Shown: in pieces, positions 25,184 through 34,534 of the stretch
Layout: the number at the start of each line of letters is the position of its first letter
How positions within the stretch are numbered: the stretch's first letter is position 1
NCBI GenBank assembly: GCA_031412115.1
Contig: JANOCJ010000363.1
Span: forward strand, 1-37,051
DNA length: 37,051 nt
Direction: 5' to 3'
Origin: Flavobacteriales bacterium
Lineage (GTDB): Bacteria > Bacteroidota > Bacteroidia > CAMBQF01
Program-made: the position numbers and the translations under genes
The notes under the pieces: model-generated
The model's database searches: none
Seen by the model: only the letters and a program-made list of their open reading frames with translations
What the model was told of the DNA's origin: nothing

Positions 25184-26303
25184 GGTTGTAATACTCATTT
25201 ACAATCGAATTTATATCAAACGCATTTCGGATTTTACTTACGCACTCCGCATCTACCAGCGGTTTGTGTTGTTGTTTTTTAGCAAAACAGGCTTCCAACT
25301 CATTTGCTAAAGCAGTATAATCATCGTAATTAATTAATGAGCCATTGCGGCCCGGATGTAACAATTCGTCTGTCCCACTAACAGGTGTAGAAATGATATA
25401 CTTACCCGCGCAAGCCGCTTCTATCAATGTCATAGGCATAGCCTCGTGGGTTGATGTCATTACGTACACATCAGCATTGGCAAAGTATGCGGGCATTTTA
25501 TCGTAATCAACTTTGCCTTCTAACTTTACGTACTCTGCCAAACCATTTGCATTAATATATTGTTCCAATTGGCTGTATAATACCCCATCTCCCACAATAT
25601 AAGCCTTAAATTTAATTTTATTTTTCAGTAGGTTTAATGCTTTAACAAACAATAGCGGGTTCTTTTGTGCTACAAGGCGTCCGGCAAACAAAATGGTTAA
25701 TTCGGCGCTTGCATTGGTGCTACCAATAGAAAACTGCCCTGTATCAATTCCATTAGCAATAACATGGTTGCTATCTATTTTCCCAACCAAATTATCTGCA
25801 TTAATTTTTAACTTCTGCGTAAGAGATATAATAGCCGCAGCTCTTTTACATACCCTATAAATAATAGGATACAAAGGCAAATGATACATTAACATTTTGC
25901 GCGGATAGAAAAAAGGAATATCATGTCCGTGCGAAATAATTACATACGGAATATTGTATTTTTTTTTCAAAAATTGGCCTACAATACCACCCGGAATAGA
26001 GAAATTACAGATAGCAATATCAAACGGTGCGTTGGCGTTATTCTTAAAAAACTGCATAGCCTTACGCATCCAATCATACATTTCCCAAGGGTTTGATTGA
26101 AACGCATGTTGGCGCTTGCTTTTTATGCGATGGATAGTGAGGTTGCCAGCAGTTTCCGTTTCCTTTTCGCCTGTAAAAAAAGCAGTAACAACAGTAACCT
26201 GAACACCTTTAACAGCAAGGCCCTCGGCAATATATTTGGTCATTACCCCGGCCCCGCCCCCAATGGGTGGGTACTCATAATTTAATATTAAAACCCGCCT
26301 CAC
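25155..26303 (-). CDS. Family 4 (GT-B, group 1) glycosyltransferase
   Basis: 382 aa with N-terminal ILNYEYPPIGGGAG and the C-terminal E-x7-E region EAMPMTLIEAACAGKYIIS. Its 3' end overlaps the convergent GT32 gene by 29 nt. Confidence 0.88.
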   Translation of the reverse strand: MRRVLILNYEYPPIGGGAGVMTKYIAEGLAVKGVQVTVVTAFFTGEKETETAGNLTIHRIKSKRQHAFQSNPWEMYDWMRKAMQFFKNNANAPFDIAICNFSIPGGIVGQFLKKKYNIPYVIISHGHDIPFFYPRKMLMYHLPLYPIIYRVCKRAAAIISLTQKLKINADNLVGKIDSNHVIANGIDTGQFSIGSTNASAELTILFAGRLVAQKNPLLFVKALNLLKNKIKFKAYIVGDGVLYSQLEQYINANGLAEYVKLEGKVDYDKMPAYFANADVYVMTSTHEAMPMTLIEAACAGKYIISTPVSGTDELLHPGRNGSLINYDDYTALANELEACFAKKQQHKPLVDAECVSKIRNAFDINSIVNEYYNLIESVCKNN

Positions 26304-27058
26304 TTTGTTATTCTGTTTTTTACAAATATAACAGCAGAAGCAAGCAAAACGGTAAGCATAGCCGAAGACATAATGGAAATAATTACAATATCGCCAAACT
26401 GGTTATCGCGCAGGGGTAGAAAAAACCTACCTATAAATACTAATGTAAAAATAGCAAAAAGCAGGTAATAATATAGCAGTTTATCGGCCTTTTTTATGGG
26501 CTTATACACCGGTATAGGCTGGTTGAATGACAATAGATGCAACACCATATAGCCTAACCCAAACAACGAAAATATGACCTGTAGAAAGAAATATACCTTA
26601 ACAGAAAAAGCTGATGCTATTGAAATATCAGAAGTAATTGTTTCAGGATACATTTTAGTAAATGTAGTATACTCATGCGTCAGGTTATCAAGCGCCAAAT
26701 GCACTACAACAGCAATAAATATAGAAAGTAAAAACACTCCGTACTTCTTCTTTAAATAGCCAATAAAATTAAACGCCAAAATACTTGAATATCGCACATC
26801 AAAAGGTGCCGGCAAGTGGGCTATTAACACATTTCGCACTAGCAAATGAAACAATACACTCATAATAACAGCTAAAGGCATGTACAAACTAAATATGCCA
26901 AATATATTATTTTCAATAATTGGGAAGGTAGAAAAGGTAAGGTACATGTGGCAATCGGGTGCTATGCTACCAAAAAAAAGGCCCGTGTATGAAAAATGCT
27001 TTGGCTTAATCTTTGCCAGTGGCAATACAAATGCGGGATGCGAGAAAGTAAACGGCAT
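26300..27058 (-). CDS. DUF4184-like polytopic membrane protein
   Basis: 252 aa. The N-terminus MPFTFSHPAFVLPL matches my recollection of the DUF4184 family. It has about 6 TM segments and overlaps the GT4 start by 4 nt. Confidence 0.6.
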   Translation of the reverse strand: MPFTFSHPAFVLPLAKIKPKHFSYTGLFFGSIAPDCHMYLTFSTFPIIENNIFGIFSLYMPLAVIMSVLFHLLVRNVLIAHLPAPFDVRYSSILAFNFIGYLKKKYGVFLLSIFIAVVVHLALDNLTHEYTTFTKMYPETITSDISIASAFSVKVYFFLQVIFSLFGLGYMVLHLLSFNQPIPVYKPIKKADKLLYYYLLFAIFTLVFIGRFFLPLRDNQFGDIVIISIMSSAMLTVLLASAVIFVKNRITK

Positions 27059-27093
27059 TGCCTTAAGCTTGAGTTTTATTATATTTGCTAACT

Positions 27094-28098
27094 ATGAAGC
27101 GTACAAAACTAACAATTAATACAGTGGCCAAAACCCTTACACTATTGTTATTGTTTGTGGCCGGCATTACTAGTGCACAAACTACAACTGCCGCCCCAAA
27201 AGATACTACACCTAAAGATACTACCAAAAAGGTTGAAACTATAAAGTTGCAACTGGTAAAACGATTAAATAAAAGCATTGAGCGCACCACGGCTTACCTG
27301 GAAACTGTTCCTGTGGACTCTATTGATATTGGCCTAACCTATGCCTTGCTAGACATTATAAAAAGAAAGTTTGGTTTAAAATTTAAAATGGCCGATAAGG
27401 TTGCTGTTGAAAGTAAGTTTCCTGAATTAAAAACAGGCAGGCTAAAACTTTACGGTATTTTTTATGACAACAACAAATCAATACCATTTACCCAACAAGA
27501 GCTTGATAAGCTTAAAGCAGAGCCTATAACATCATTATACGACGACAAATACCTACTAGGTGTAAGTATGTTTTGCAATGAGTTGCCCACACCGCCTGAG
27601 TATTTAACTACTTTTGCCGCTCGCATACAAAAATACAAGGAAGAACGCACCGGGCTTGACCCAATAACCGCAGGGTTTGCCTACATTAATTTTGATGAAA
27701 ATAATTGTAAAGAAGGAAAACTAAAACTGGACAGCTTATACAATGACATTGCTTTTATTTTGACCAATAAAAACGCCGGAAACTTAAGGGCTTTGTTGGA
27801 TTTGGAGTGGTTTTACAGCGAGCAGATGAATCTTTTGCCACCGGTATTAACATCCGCTATGTTATATAAAATAGGCAAATGCAATTTTTATACTTACAAT
27901 ATGCTTTTTAAGCTGCTTGAATTTCAGAATGAAGATGGCGGTTGGCACATGTTGGTTCAAAAAGGCAACTCATCATACTCTGCAAGCGTAGCATATTTAT
28001 GGCTAATGTTGGAGTTAAAGGCTAATGCTGATTGCATTGATAAAACAGCCGACTTAGAGCGTGAGGATGCTGGCACTCCAATTCCCCCCAAAGACTAG
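27094..28098 (+). CDS. Secreted hypothetical protein
   Basis: The tracked ORF starts at TTG 27085. ATG 27094 gives MKRTKLTINTVAKTLTLLLLFVAGITSAQ, a signal peptide followed by a Thr/Lys/Asp-rich linker. A single QNEDGGWH motif recalls the QW repeats of prenyltransferase/terpene-cyclase alpha-toroid folds. This is the only plus-strand gene in the minus arm. Confidence 0.55.
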   Translation: MKRTKLTINTVAKTLTLLLLFVAGITSAQTTTAAPKDTTPKDTTKKVETIKLQLVKRLNKSIERTTAYLETVPVDSIDIGLTYALLDIIKRKFGLKFKMADKVAVESKFPELKTGRLKLYGIFYDNNKSIPFTQQELDKLKAEPITSLYDDKYLLGVSMFCNELPTPPEYLTTFAARIQKYKEERTGLDPITAGFAYINFDENNCKEGKLKLDSLYNDIAFILTNKNAGNLRALLDLEWFYSEQMNLLPPVLTSAMLYKIGKCNFYTYNMLFKLLEFQNEDGGWHMLVQKGNSSYSASVAYLWLMLELKANADCIDKTADLEREDAGTPIPPKD

Positions 28099-29493
28099 TA
28101 TTTGATTATATAAACGCTCTTCGGGTATTTTCTCAAATATGCTTTTTTCATATTCTGGCAATAGTTGGTAATAGGTATTCAGCTTTTCATTCAACTCATC
28201 AATTTCGGCTAAATTATTGTCTTGTATATATCCACTTACACGCAAAACCGCATTTGCCAAATGGTTGTTTGTTTGTAATGCAATTGCTTGTTCGCGGGTC
28301 AAAGCGTCTTCTTTCCATTTTTTCAGTTGCTCAATATAGCTGTAAAACATAGCTGCATTTTTTCGTTCAATACCTGTTTGTGCAGGCAATACAGTTGCCG
28401 AAAAAGTGGTTATAAAACTTTCGATTTTCGAAGCCGGTAAATTCCAAATGGCAACATTATGGGGCTCATACACAGTATTAAAATAAGCGTTGGCATTAAG
28501 GCTGTTTGCGTATTCAATAAACTGTTGCAATTCAACCACTGTATTGCGCATTGGGCTGTAACAAATGCTAAATTCAGTACCTGTTTGTTTACAGTAGTTG
28601 GCAAAGTATTGTATGTTTTCCATCACCCGCTCATATTTTGAGTTTATGCGGATGGATTCCAGCTTCTCTTTCTCCAACGAATCAATAGATACGCCAATAT
28701 TAAACCTGCCGTTTGCCAGTACTTTTTTCACCTTTTCATTCAGCACCGTGGCATTGGTTTGCACATACATAAGGCAATCGGGACTTAGGGCCGCAATTTT
28801 ATCCCATAGTTGGTAGTATATATCAATCAAAAAAGGCTCACCGCCTAAAAATTTGGCGTATTGCAGGTGCGGTATATATTCTTCCAATTGAGTTACGAAT
28901 GCATTATCATACGGGTAGGGCAAAGGCGCTTGCTTTTCCCTGTTTTTGCGAATGGATGAGGAGCAATAACCGTTACACATAACACACTCTAAATTGCAAG
29001 TGTTGCTCAACTCAAAATCCATACGGGTTGGATACTTGCCCGATGATGTAAAATAATCGTACGTGGCGGCGTTTACGGCCATGTAATTTTTACTCTCTAC
29101 AGCTAATGCACAACGCTGGCATCCTAATGAAAAATCGCCTTCGTCAATATGGCGGCGCAGTTCATCGGCACGTTCTCCATACCAAATATCGTTAATGCTG
29201 TTATCAGGGTACTTGCCTAAATCATACTCGCGGTTAAAACAACATGCGGTTACAGCCCCGGTAGTGCCAAAATAAAGGTTCGAAAATGGGGCATAGCAAA
29301 TTTTTGCACGTGCACCTAAAATGCGGCTTTTGTTATATGCATCAATGTTTTGAGGCGAATTGGCATTGTAATTCTTTTTCTTGCCCAATACAGTAAAAAC
29401 AAAATTGTTGTAACCTTTAATTGTGGCAATAGCAGAACTGCGAAGCAATGGCTTCGATATAACCAGATTACGAATAGATGCGATAAGTCCCAA
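28054..29493 (-). CDS. Radical SAM enzyme with N-terminal SPASM/twitch-like Cys motif (paralog 1)
   Basis: 479 aa. The core is ELSNTCNLECVMCNG (CX3CX2C) with LGGEPFL. It is preceded by CYAPFSNLYFGTTGAVTACC (C-x12-G-x4-C) and GCQRC (CxxC). The TTG start at 29493 is uncertain, and there is no in-frame ATG upstream of the Cys motif. Confidence 0.85.
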   Translation of the reverse strand: MGLIASIRNLVISKPLLRSSAIATIKGYNNFVFTVLGKKKNYNANSPQNIDAYNKSRILGARAKICYAPFSNLYFGTTGAVTACCFNREYDLGKYPDNSINDIWYGERADELRRHIDEGDFSLGCQRCALAVESKNYMAVNAATYDYFTSSGKYPTRMDFELSNTCNLECVMCNGYCSSSIRKNREKQAPLPYPYDNAFVTQLEEYIPHLQYAKFLGGEPFLIDIYYQLWDKIAALSPDCLMYVQTNATVLNEKVKKVLANGRFNIGVSIDSLEKEKLESIRINSKYERVMENIQYFANYCKQTGTEFSICYSPMRNTVVELQQFIEYANSLNANAYFNTVYEPHNVAIWNLPASKIESFITTFSATVLPAQTGIERKNAAMFYSYIEQLKKWKEDALTREQAIALQTNNHLANAVLRVSGYIQDNNLAEIDELNEKLNTYYQLLPEYEKSIFEKIPEERLYNQILVFGGNWSASILTL

Positions 29494-29653
29494 ATGTATT
29501 AGGATTTATCACAATGTATTTACTATAATTTTAACAACCAATAATCCTATGTTAAGATTTTGGTACATAAACACAATACGCTGATTTTTAAGCTATTGAA
29601 TTTTAGTTATATACTAAAAATTAAATTATAGTTTATGCGCACGAAATTTACAA

Positions 29654-31144
29654 TTACTCAAGCAGATAGCCTTCAATTTTATCTATAAACTTAGTATTAT
29701 CAAATATCTCCGTGTCGTATTTAATCCACTCAAAAGGCAATGCATTTAGCTTAACAAGTATTTTATGTTTATCTGTTTGAGCATCCAAAAAATTCACAAT
29801 CAAATTATTAAACTTGTTAAGCGAAAGGATAAATTCATCAGGGTTTAGCGCATGCATATAGCTAAATATTTCTTCTATTTTAGCTAAAAAAATTTGCAGC
29901 AAAATATCATCGCTTACAGCATCCAGCCGGTCAATTTCCTGCTGGCGTGTAATAGCTACTGTGGCCCAGCTTTGCACTTGTTTAATAAACCCTGCAATAA
30001 CTGTAGCATTGTGTTTTTCAAAAAAATTGTTTTGGGTAGGGGTGTATGCCGTTAATACATTTTCAATGGCTTTCAACTTATCGTGGCTCAACGTCCACAA
30101 CGATTGTACTGCAGGTTGCATAACCGTATTAATATTAAGCAACGCGCCTATTTTATTGGCAAACTCAAGCACCTGCGGTAACTCGTTCCAGTTGCTGCGC
30201 AAAGGGCAAAAGCTTAGGGTAAGAAAAGTATTCTTCTTACGCGAGTATTCTGCTAGAAATTGAATATTCTCTATAACCCTATCGTAATTGGCGTTTACGC
30301 GTATGGCTTCGTATGTTTTTTTGTTGAATGAATCAATAGATATTCCAATGTGAAAATTGCCTTTCTCCAACAGGTTTTTTACCTTGGCATTCATAACCGT
30401 AGCATTGGTTTGCAAGCGTATTTCGCAGTTGGGGTTTAAAGTGATTATCTTCTCCCAAATGCTGTAATAGCTATCAATTAAAAATGGCTCGCCTCCCAAA
30501 AAATTAGCCACTTTAAGGTGGGGTATGTATTCATCCAATTGGGCTAAAAACTCAGCACCATAGGGCGAAATAATTGGTGCTTTATGCTCCCTATTTTTAC
30601 GTATGGATGATGAAAATTCGCCCGAGCACATAATACACTCAAGGTTACAGGTGTTTGATAATTCAAAGTCGAAACGCGTAGGGTATTGTGGCTCATCTTC
30701 GGCCTCATAATCATATTTAGCCGCCATTACCGATGAGTAATCGCCCGCAACCAATTGTTGCTTGCAAAGCTGGCAGCCGCCGCCTAAGTCAAAATTATCA
30801 ATGCGCTCTCGCAGTTCATTTGCTTTAGCGCCTTTCCATATTTGAGATATACTGTTTTCCGGATAAAACCCTAACGGCACATCACGGTTATAGCAGCAGG
30901 CCATTACCTTTCCATCAATAGCAAAATACATGTTGTTAAAGGGCGCATAGCACACCTTTTTACCCGGTCCAAACTTGCGGCTTTTGTAATAAGCTTTTAC
31001 ATTTTTCTCAGGCAACGTTCCCTCCGGAACATTGACTGTTGGCAGAAAAGCGTTACGGCCAAATTGGTATACAGATGTTGCCACCTCAAACATTTTGGGT
31101 GGTAAAACCTGTGCTACTTTTTTTATAAATCGGGCCTTGGGCAT
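29654..31144 (-). CDS. Radical SAM enzyme with N-terminal SPASM/twitch-like Cys motif (paralog 2)
   Basis: 496 aa. The core is ELSNTCNLECIMCSG with LGGEPFL. It is preceded by CYAPFNNMYFAIDGKVMACC and GCQLC. Its ATG abuts the stop of the upstream PhyH gene. Confidence 0.88.
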   Translation of the reverse strand: MPKARFIKKVAQVLPPKMFEVATSVYQFGRNAFLPTVNVPEGTLPEKNVKAYYKSRKFGPGKKVCYAPFNNMYFAIDGKVMACCYNRDVPLGFYPENSISQIWKGAKANELRERIDNFDLGGGCQLCKQQLVAGDYSSVMAAKYDYEAEDEPQYPTRFDFELSNTCNLECIMCSGEFSSSIRKNREHKAPIISPYGAEFLAQLDEYIPHLKVANFLGGEPFLIDSYYSIWEKIITLNPNCEIRLQTNATVMNAKVKNLLEKGNFHIGISIDSFNKKTYEAIRVNANYDRVIENIQFLAEYSRKKNTFLTLSFCPLRSNWNELPQVLEFANKIGALLNINTVMQPAVQSLWTLSHDKLKAIENVLTAYTPTQNNFFEKHNATVIAGFIKQVQSWATVAITRQQEIDRLDAVSDDILLQIFLAKIEEIFSYMHALNPDEFILSLNKFNNLIVNFLDAQTDKHKILVKLNALPFEWIKYDTEIFDNTKFIDKIEGYLLE

Positions 31145-32014
31145 TTAGTTGCGCTGTTTAGCAAAGTACCTATAAAAATTGATAAGGTTGAGATTAGCCT
31201 TTTGCAAAGGCTCATGTCGCAACAAACGGTATTTGGCTGATGGGCGTTTGGTAATTTCTTCGGTATAAAAAAACTCGGGTGTAATATCAAAAACATCAAC
31301 CATACCTGCCGGTGTTTGCGCATCGGTAAAATAGTGGCAATAAGGGCTGGCCTTGGGCTTTACCAAGCCGTTTACCGCAAGTCTATAGTTGCTTGTTTGG
31401 TTTGGTGGCGATGAATGTATCATAGCACTATGAAAGATAACCGCTTGGCCCGCCTTTACCATGAGGGGTTTCATAAAGCGGTACATTACCAAATAGTACG
31501 GTATTTTATTAAACTCCCACGGCACGTTTAGCGAGCGTTGCTTATTGCCTAACTTATGGCTGCCCGGCAAAATATGCAGGGTACCATTCTGCATGGTAGT
31601 ATCCTCTAGCGGGCACCAAATGTACACAGCCAAAAACTGCTCTTCATCAACATGCGAACTATCTTGATGCGGGTTTAATTTGCTTTTGCTGCCGGGTGGT
31701 TTTATTTGGTGCACACCCGAAATAAAATCAATTTCGTCAGCAATAAAATACTTTGCAATGCCCTGTTGGTAGTATTTGCGTATAATTTGGGTAGATAGCA
31801 TTCGCATTTCAGCCTCGGGTATGCGCCCGGCAGATTGAAACGTTTTAACGCTACCAAAGCCATTCTCCAACAGCTTATCCATCATCTCGCCTGACTCTCT
31901 CCTCAACCCTTCTATCCCTTCATTATCAATAAAATTTACTATGGCATAACCCTGCTCCTCAATGGTTTGTTGAAGTGCTTCATCTTTAAAAATTTGTGGG
32001 TAGCGCGTTGCCAT
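31145..32014 (-). CDS. PhyH-family Fe(II)/2OG oxygenase (array member 5 of 5 in transcription order)
   Basis: 289 aa with NPHQDSSHVDE (HxD), WCPLEDTTMQNGTLHILPGSH, MIHSSPPN (distal His) and Arg in NYRLAV. Confidence 0.78.
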   Translation of the reverse strand: MATRYPQIFKDEALQQTIEEQGYAIVNFIDNEGIEGLRRESGEMMDKLLENGFGSVKTFQSAGRIPEAEMRMLSTQIIRKYYQQGIAKYFIADEIDFISGVHQIKPPGSKSKLNPHQDSSHVDEEQFLAVYIWCPLEDTTMQNGTLHILPGSHKLGNKQRSLNVPWEFNKIPYYLVMYRFMKPLMVKAGQAVIFHSAMIHSSPPNQTSNYRLAVNGLVKPKASPYCHYFTDAQTPAGMVDVFDITPEFFYTEEITKRPSAKYRLLRHEPLQKANLNLINFYRYFAKQRN

Positions 32015-32016
32015 TG

Positions 32017-32874
32017 TTATAAACTATTATACGCTTTATCAAACTGCTCGGCTGTTAGGTAATTTTCTTTAAACGGCACAGTTTCGGCTTGAAATACTCC
32101 GTTTGGTGTATCAATTGTTTGCGAGTACAAGGCATCGGCAAAGTCTTTGCCGGTATTGTAATTCATAAAAAAATCATAATCTACCACGTACTTATTTAGC
32201 ACATTGGGCTGCGCTGCGTTGCGTACATAATGGTATACCTTATCATTGGCCGGAAGCATAAGCAAACCTGCCGAAACACGGGTATTTAACGTATGATTAG
32301 GGCCTGATGCATGCAACATAGCCTGCGTAAAAATCACTGCTTTGCCGGCAGGTAATTCTAAGCGCTTTTTGTATTTACGTTCTATGTACTTTTTAATATG
32401 GTCGTGCTCTTGCGGAACATTTGCACCGCGCAAGGCGCGCAGTATGCGGTGCGATTTTGGCACTACCTGCAAGCAGCCGTTCCATTTATCTACATCAACC
32501 AAAGGGCACCAAATAAATATGGATTGATATTGGCTTTCATCAACAAAAGTCCAATCCTGATGCACGGTTATTTTATCAAAAAAACTGGGCTTTTTAATCA
32601 GCACGTCCGAGAAAAAAGGGGCGTAATTTGAATGGAACAATGATTTTACTTTCTTTCCAAAAGCTTCTTTAATAAGGCGGTCTACGGTTAGCCTGTATTC
32701 TTTATTACTGCTCCACAACGATGCGTAAAAGCGTTTCTTCACTCCCGAATCCAGCTTCAATAATTTGGTACGTAAGGCATCGCATTCGTCCCTGTTTAGT
32801 ATATCTACCGTAACAAAGCCATTTTCTTTAAACTCGTGGTCTAAAGCCGTATCGTTAAAAATTTGCGCCAGCAT
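32017..32874 (-). CDS. PhyH-family Fe(II)/2OG oxygenase (array member 4)
   Basis: 285 aa with VHQDWTFVDE, WCPLVDVDKWNGCLQVVPKSH, LHASGPN and NTRVS. Confidence 0.78.
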   Translation of the reverse strand: MLAQIFNDTALDHEFKENGFVTVDILNRDECDALRTKLLKLDSGVKKRFYASLWSSNKEYRLTVDRLIKEAFGKKVKSLFHSNYAPFFSDVLIKKPSFFDKITVHQDWTFVDESQYQSIFIWCPLVDVDKWNGCLQVVPKSHRILRALRGANVPQEHDHIKKYIERKYKKRLELPAGKAVIFTQAMLHASGPNHTLNTRVSAGLLMLPANDKVYHYVRNAAQPNVLNKYVVDYDFFMNYNTGKDFADALYSQTIDTPNGVFQAETVPFKENYLTAEQFDKAYNSL

Positions 32875-33701
32875 TATTGGTTAATGTATTTTAACAATTC
32901 CTCCTTGCTCAGTTCAATGTGCTTATTCTCTTTGTGGCCAATAGGTTTAGCTCCTTCGGGGCGGGTTTCTTTTACAAAATTTTCGTAAAAATCAAGCCCA
33001 ATTTCATACACTTCCACCATCTCTTTTGGTAAAAATTTATCCCAGTAATACATAATGGTTTGCACGTCTTTAGGCACCATATCTATCCGCAATGAAACAC
33101 GTGGGCTATCGGCATTGTTGGGTGCTGAATAATGCAATGAACGATTGATAAAAACCAAGGCATCACCGGCTTTCATAGGCACCAATGTCATATGGCTTTT
33201 CTCAAAATAATCGTATAGTTCTTCGTAATAACGTTTAACACCCGGGCCACGTACTTTATTCATAAACTTGTGGCTGCCCCTAAGCATTTGCAGCGCGCCG
33301 TTGTTGGCATCAACATCGCTAAAAGGTATCCACACCACGCACGATTCGTACTTGCTTTCATCTACGCAACTTATATCAAAGTGCATATTTACCTTCGATT
33401 TTTTGCCCTTTGTTTTTACTACAAAGTTGCCGGTCATAGGTACATAATCATTCAAATATATCTCTGCCGAACGGCTAATTGCCTTGCGTATAGACTGGTT
33501 TACGTGGTTTTTATAATTGGGGTCGCTACTATCAATCGTTGAATAATACTTGCGGTCAATATTAGGGTCGTAGCTTTGGTAGGCATTGCGAATAAACTCG
33601 AGTTCCTCAGAATTCAAAAAATTTTTAAATACAACAAACCCGTCATTTTCAATTTGGGTGTTAAAAGTATCCTCCCTAAATATTTTGCGTACACTATCCA
33701 T
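32874..33701 (-). CDS. PhyH-family Fe(II)/2OG oxygenase (array member 3)
   Basis: 275 aa with MHFDISCVDE, WIPFSDVDANNGALQMLRGSH, LHYSAPN and SPRVS. Its stop and the next start overlap as TAATG. Confidence 0.78.
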   Translation of the reverse strand: MDSVRKIFREDTFNTQIENDGFVVFKNFLNSEELEFIRNAYQSYDPNIDRKYYSTIDSSDPNYKNHVNQSIRKAISRSAEIYLNDYVPMTGNFVVKTKGKKSKVNMHFDISCVDESKYESCVVWIPFSDVDANNGALQMLRGSHKFMNKVRGPGVKRYYEELYDYFEKSHMTLVPMKAGDALVFINRSLHYSAPNNADSPRVSLRIDMVPKDVQTIMYYWDKFLPKEMVEVYEIGLDFYENFVKETRPEGAKPIGHKENKHIELSKEELLKYINQ

Positions 33702-33703
33702 CG

Positions 33704-34534
33704 CTAACTTAACTCGTTATAAAATTCCTGCTCTGTTAAAAAATTGTTTTGCTGTTTTACTTTGCCCCTGTATGGTGCATTTTCAGGGGTGCTGCGTTTA
33801 TCATACACATCAAAAAACTGCTCATCAACCCCATAGATTTTTATGCCGCTAAAGGGCCAAAAACGGTTGTTGTAATACAGCACACATTCAACACCCTTGG
33901 GCTTGCACGCTATAATAATAGCAGGCCTTTCGGCACTACTTTTATTGTTTGGCGAGTAATGCAGCAGCGCATTGTGGTAAAACAACCCATCGCCTTTTTT
34001 CATTGGCAACGGTTTTAATAAAGGGCTGTTTAACAAGCCCGGGTAATACTGAGTATAGTACTCTTTAACCCAAGGCCCGCGGGCTTTGTTGGTTATTTTA
34101 TGGCTGCCTTCAATTACGTGCATACAACCGTTAGTCTCGTTTACATCAACCAAAGGGCACCAAACAGTAAGCGATTGGTAATGCGTCTCGTCATAAATGC
34201 TCCAGTCGGTGTGCATAGCTACCACGCTTTGGCTGGCGGGCTTTTTGGTGATGAAGCCTGTATAAAACGCTTGGTAATCTTTACAATATTTTTCTATCTG
34301 CCCGTTTTGCAAAACTGACTTTATGCCACGGTCAACGTACTTGCGGTACTCGGCATCGCCACTGTCGGTAGATGCGTAAAAACCGCGCTGCACTTTGCTG
34401 TCGGCGCTATTAAACATAGCAAACAAAGCAGCAATATCATCGTCGGTCAAAAAAGGCTGTATTACGTAGCCCTTTGCAACAAACGTTTCATTCAATTCTT
34501 TATTTGTAAAAACAGGTATCATAACCCTAGCCAT
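33704..34534 (-). CDS. PhyH-family Fe(II)/2OG oxygenase (array member 2)
   Basis: 276 aa with MHTDWSIYDE, WCPLVDVNETNGCMHVIEGSH, LHYSPNN and AERPA. An alternative start at Met5 (34522) abuts the methyltransferase stop exactly and aligns better with the paralog N-termini. Confidence 0.78.
   Translation of the reverse strand: MARVMIPVFTNKELNETFVAKGYVIQPFLTDDDIAALFAMFNSADSKVQRGFYASTDSGDAEYRKYVDRGIKSVLQNGQIEKYCKDYQAFYTGFITKKPASQSVVAMHTDWSIYDETHYQSLTVWCPLVDVNETNGCMHVIEGSHKITNKARGPWVKEYYTQYYPGLLNSPLLKPLPMKKGDGLFYHNALLHYSPNNKSSAERPAIIIACKPKGVECVLYYNNRFWPFSGIKIYGVDEQFFDVYDKRSTPENAPYRGKVKQQNNFLTEQEFYNELS

Noticed and set aside
18097-27058. Interpretation of the plus arm plus GT4 as an ordinary capsule or O-antigen locus
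   Set aside because: There is no Wzx flippase, no Wzy polymerase, no Wza/Wzc export genes, no initiating phosphoglycosyltransferase and no nucleotide-sugar synthesis genes in the window. The presence of UbiA, KAS III, PhyH and radical SAM genes argues for a different kind of product.
29491-29498. TACATTTG (-7-box-like, minus strand) overlapping the TTG start proposed for radical SAM paralog 1
   Set aside because: I cannot decide from sequence alone whether this is a promoter, which would push the true start downstream to another TTG, or a coincidence. I therefore kept the tracked start and flagged it as uncertain instead of calling a promoter.
29509-29568. 19-codon minus-strand ORF (MYQNLNIGLLVVKIIVNTL) in the 160 bp gap between the two radical SAM genes, considered as a RiPP precursor
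   Set aside because: Such a short ORF is expected by chance in AT-rich DNA. It has no Cys, Ser or Thr-rich core and no leader-like features, and I cannot test conservation. It is only worth checking if homologous loci conserve it.
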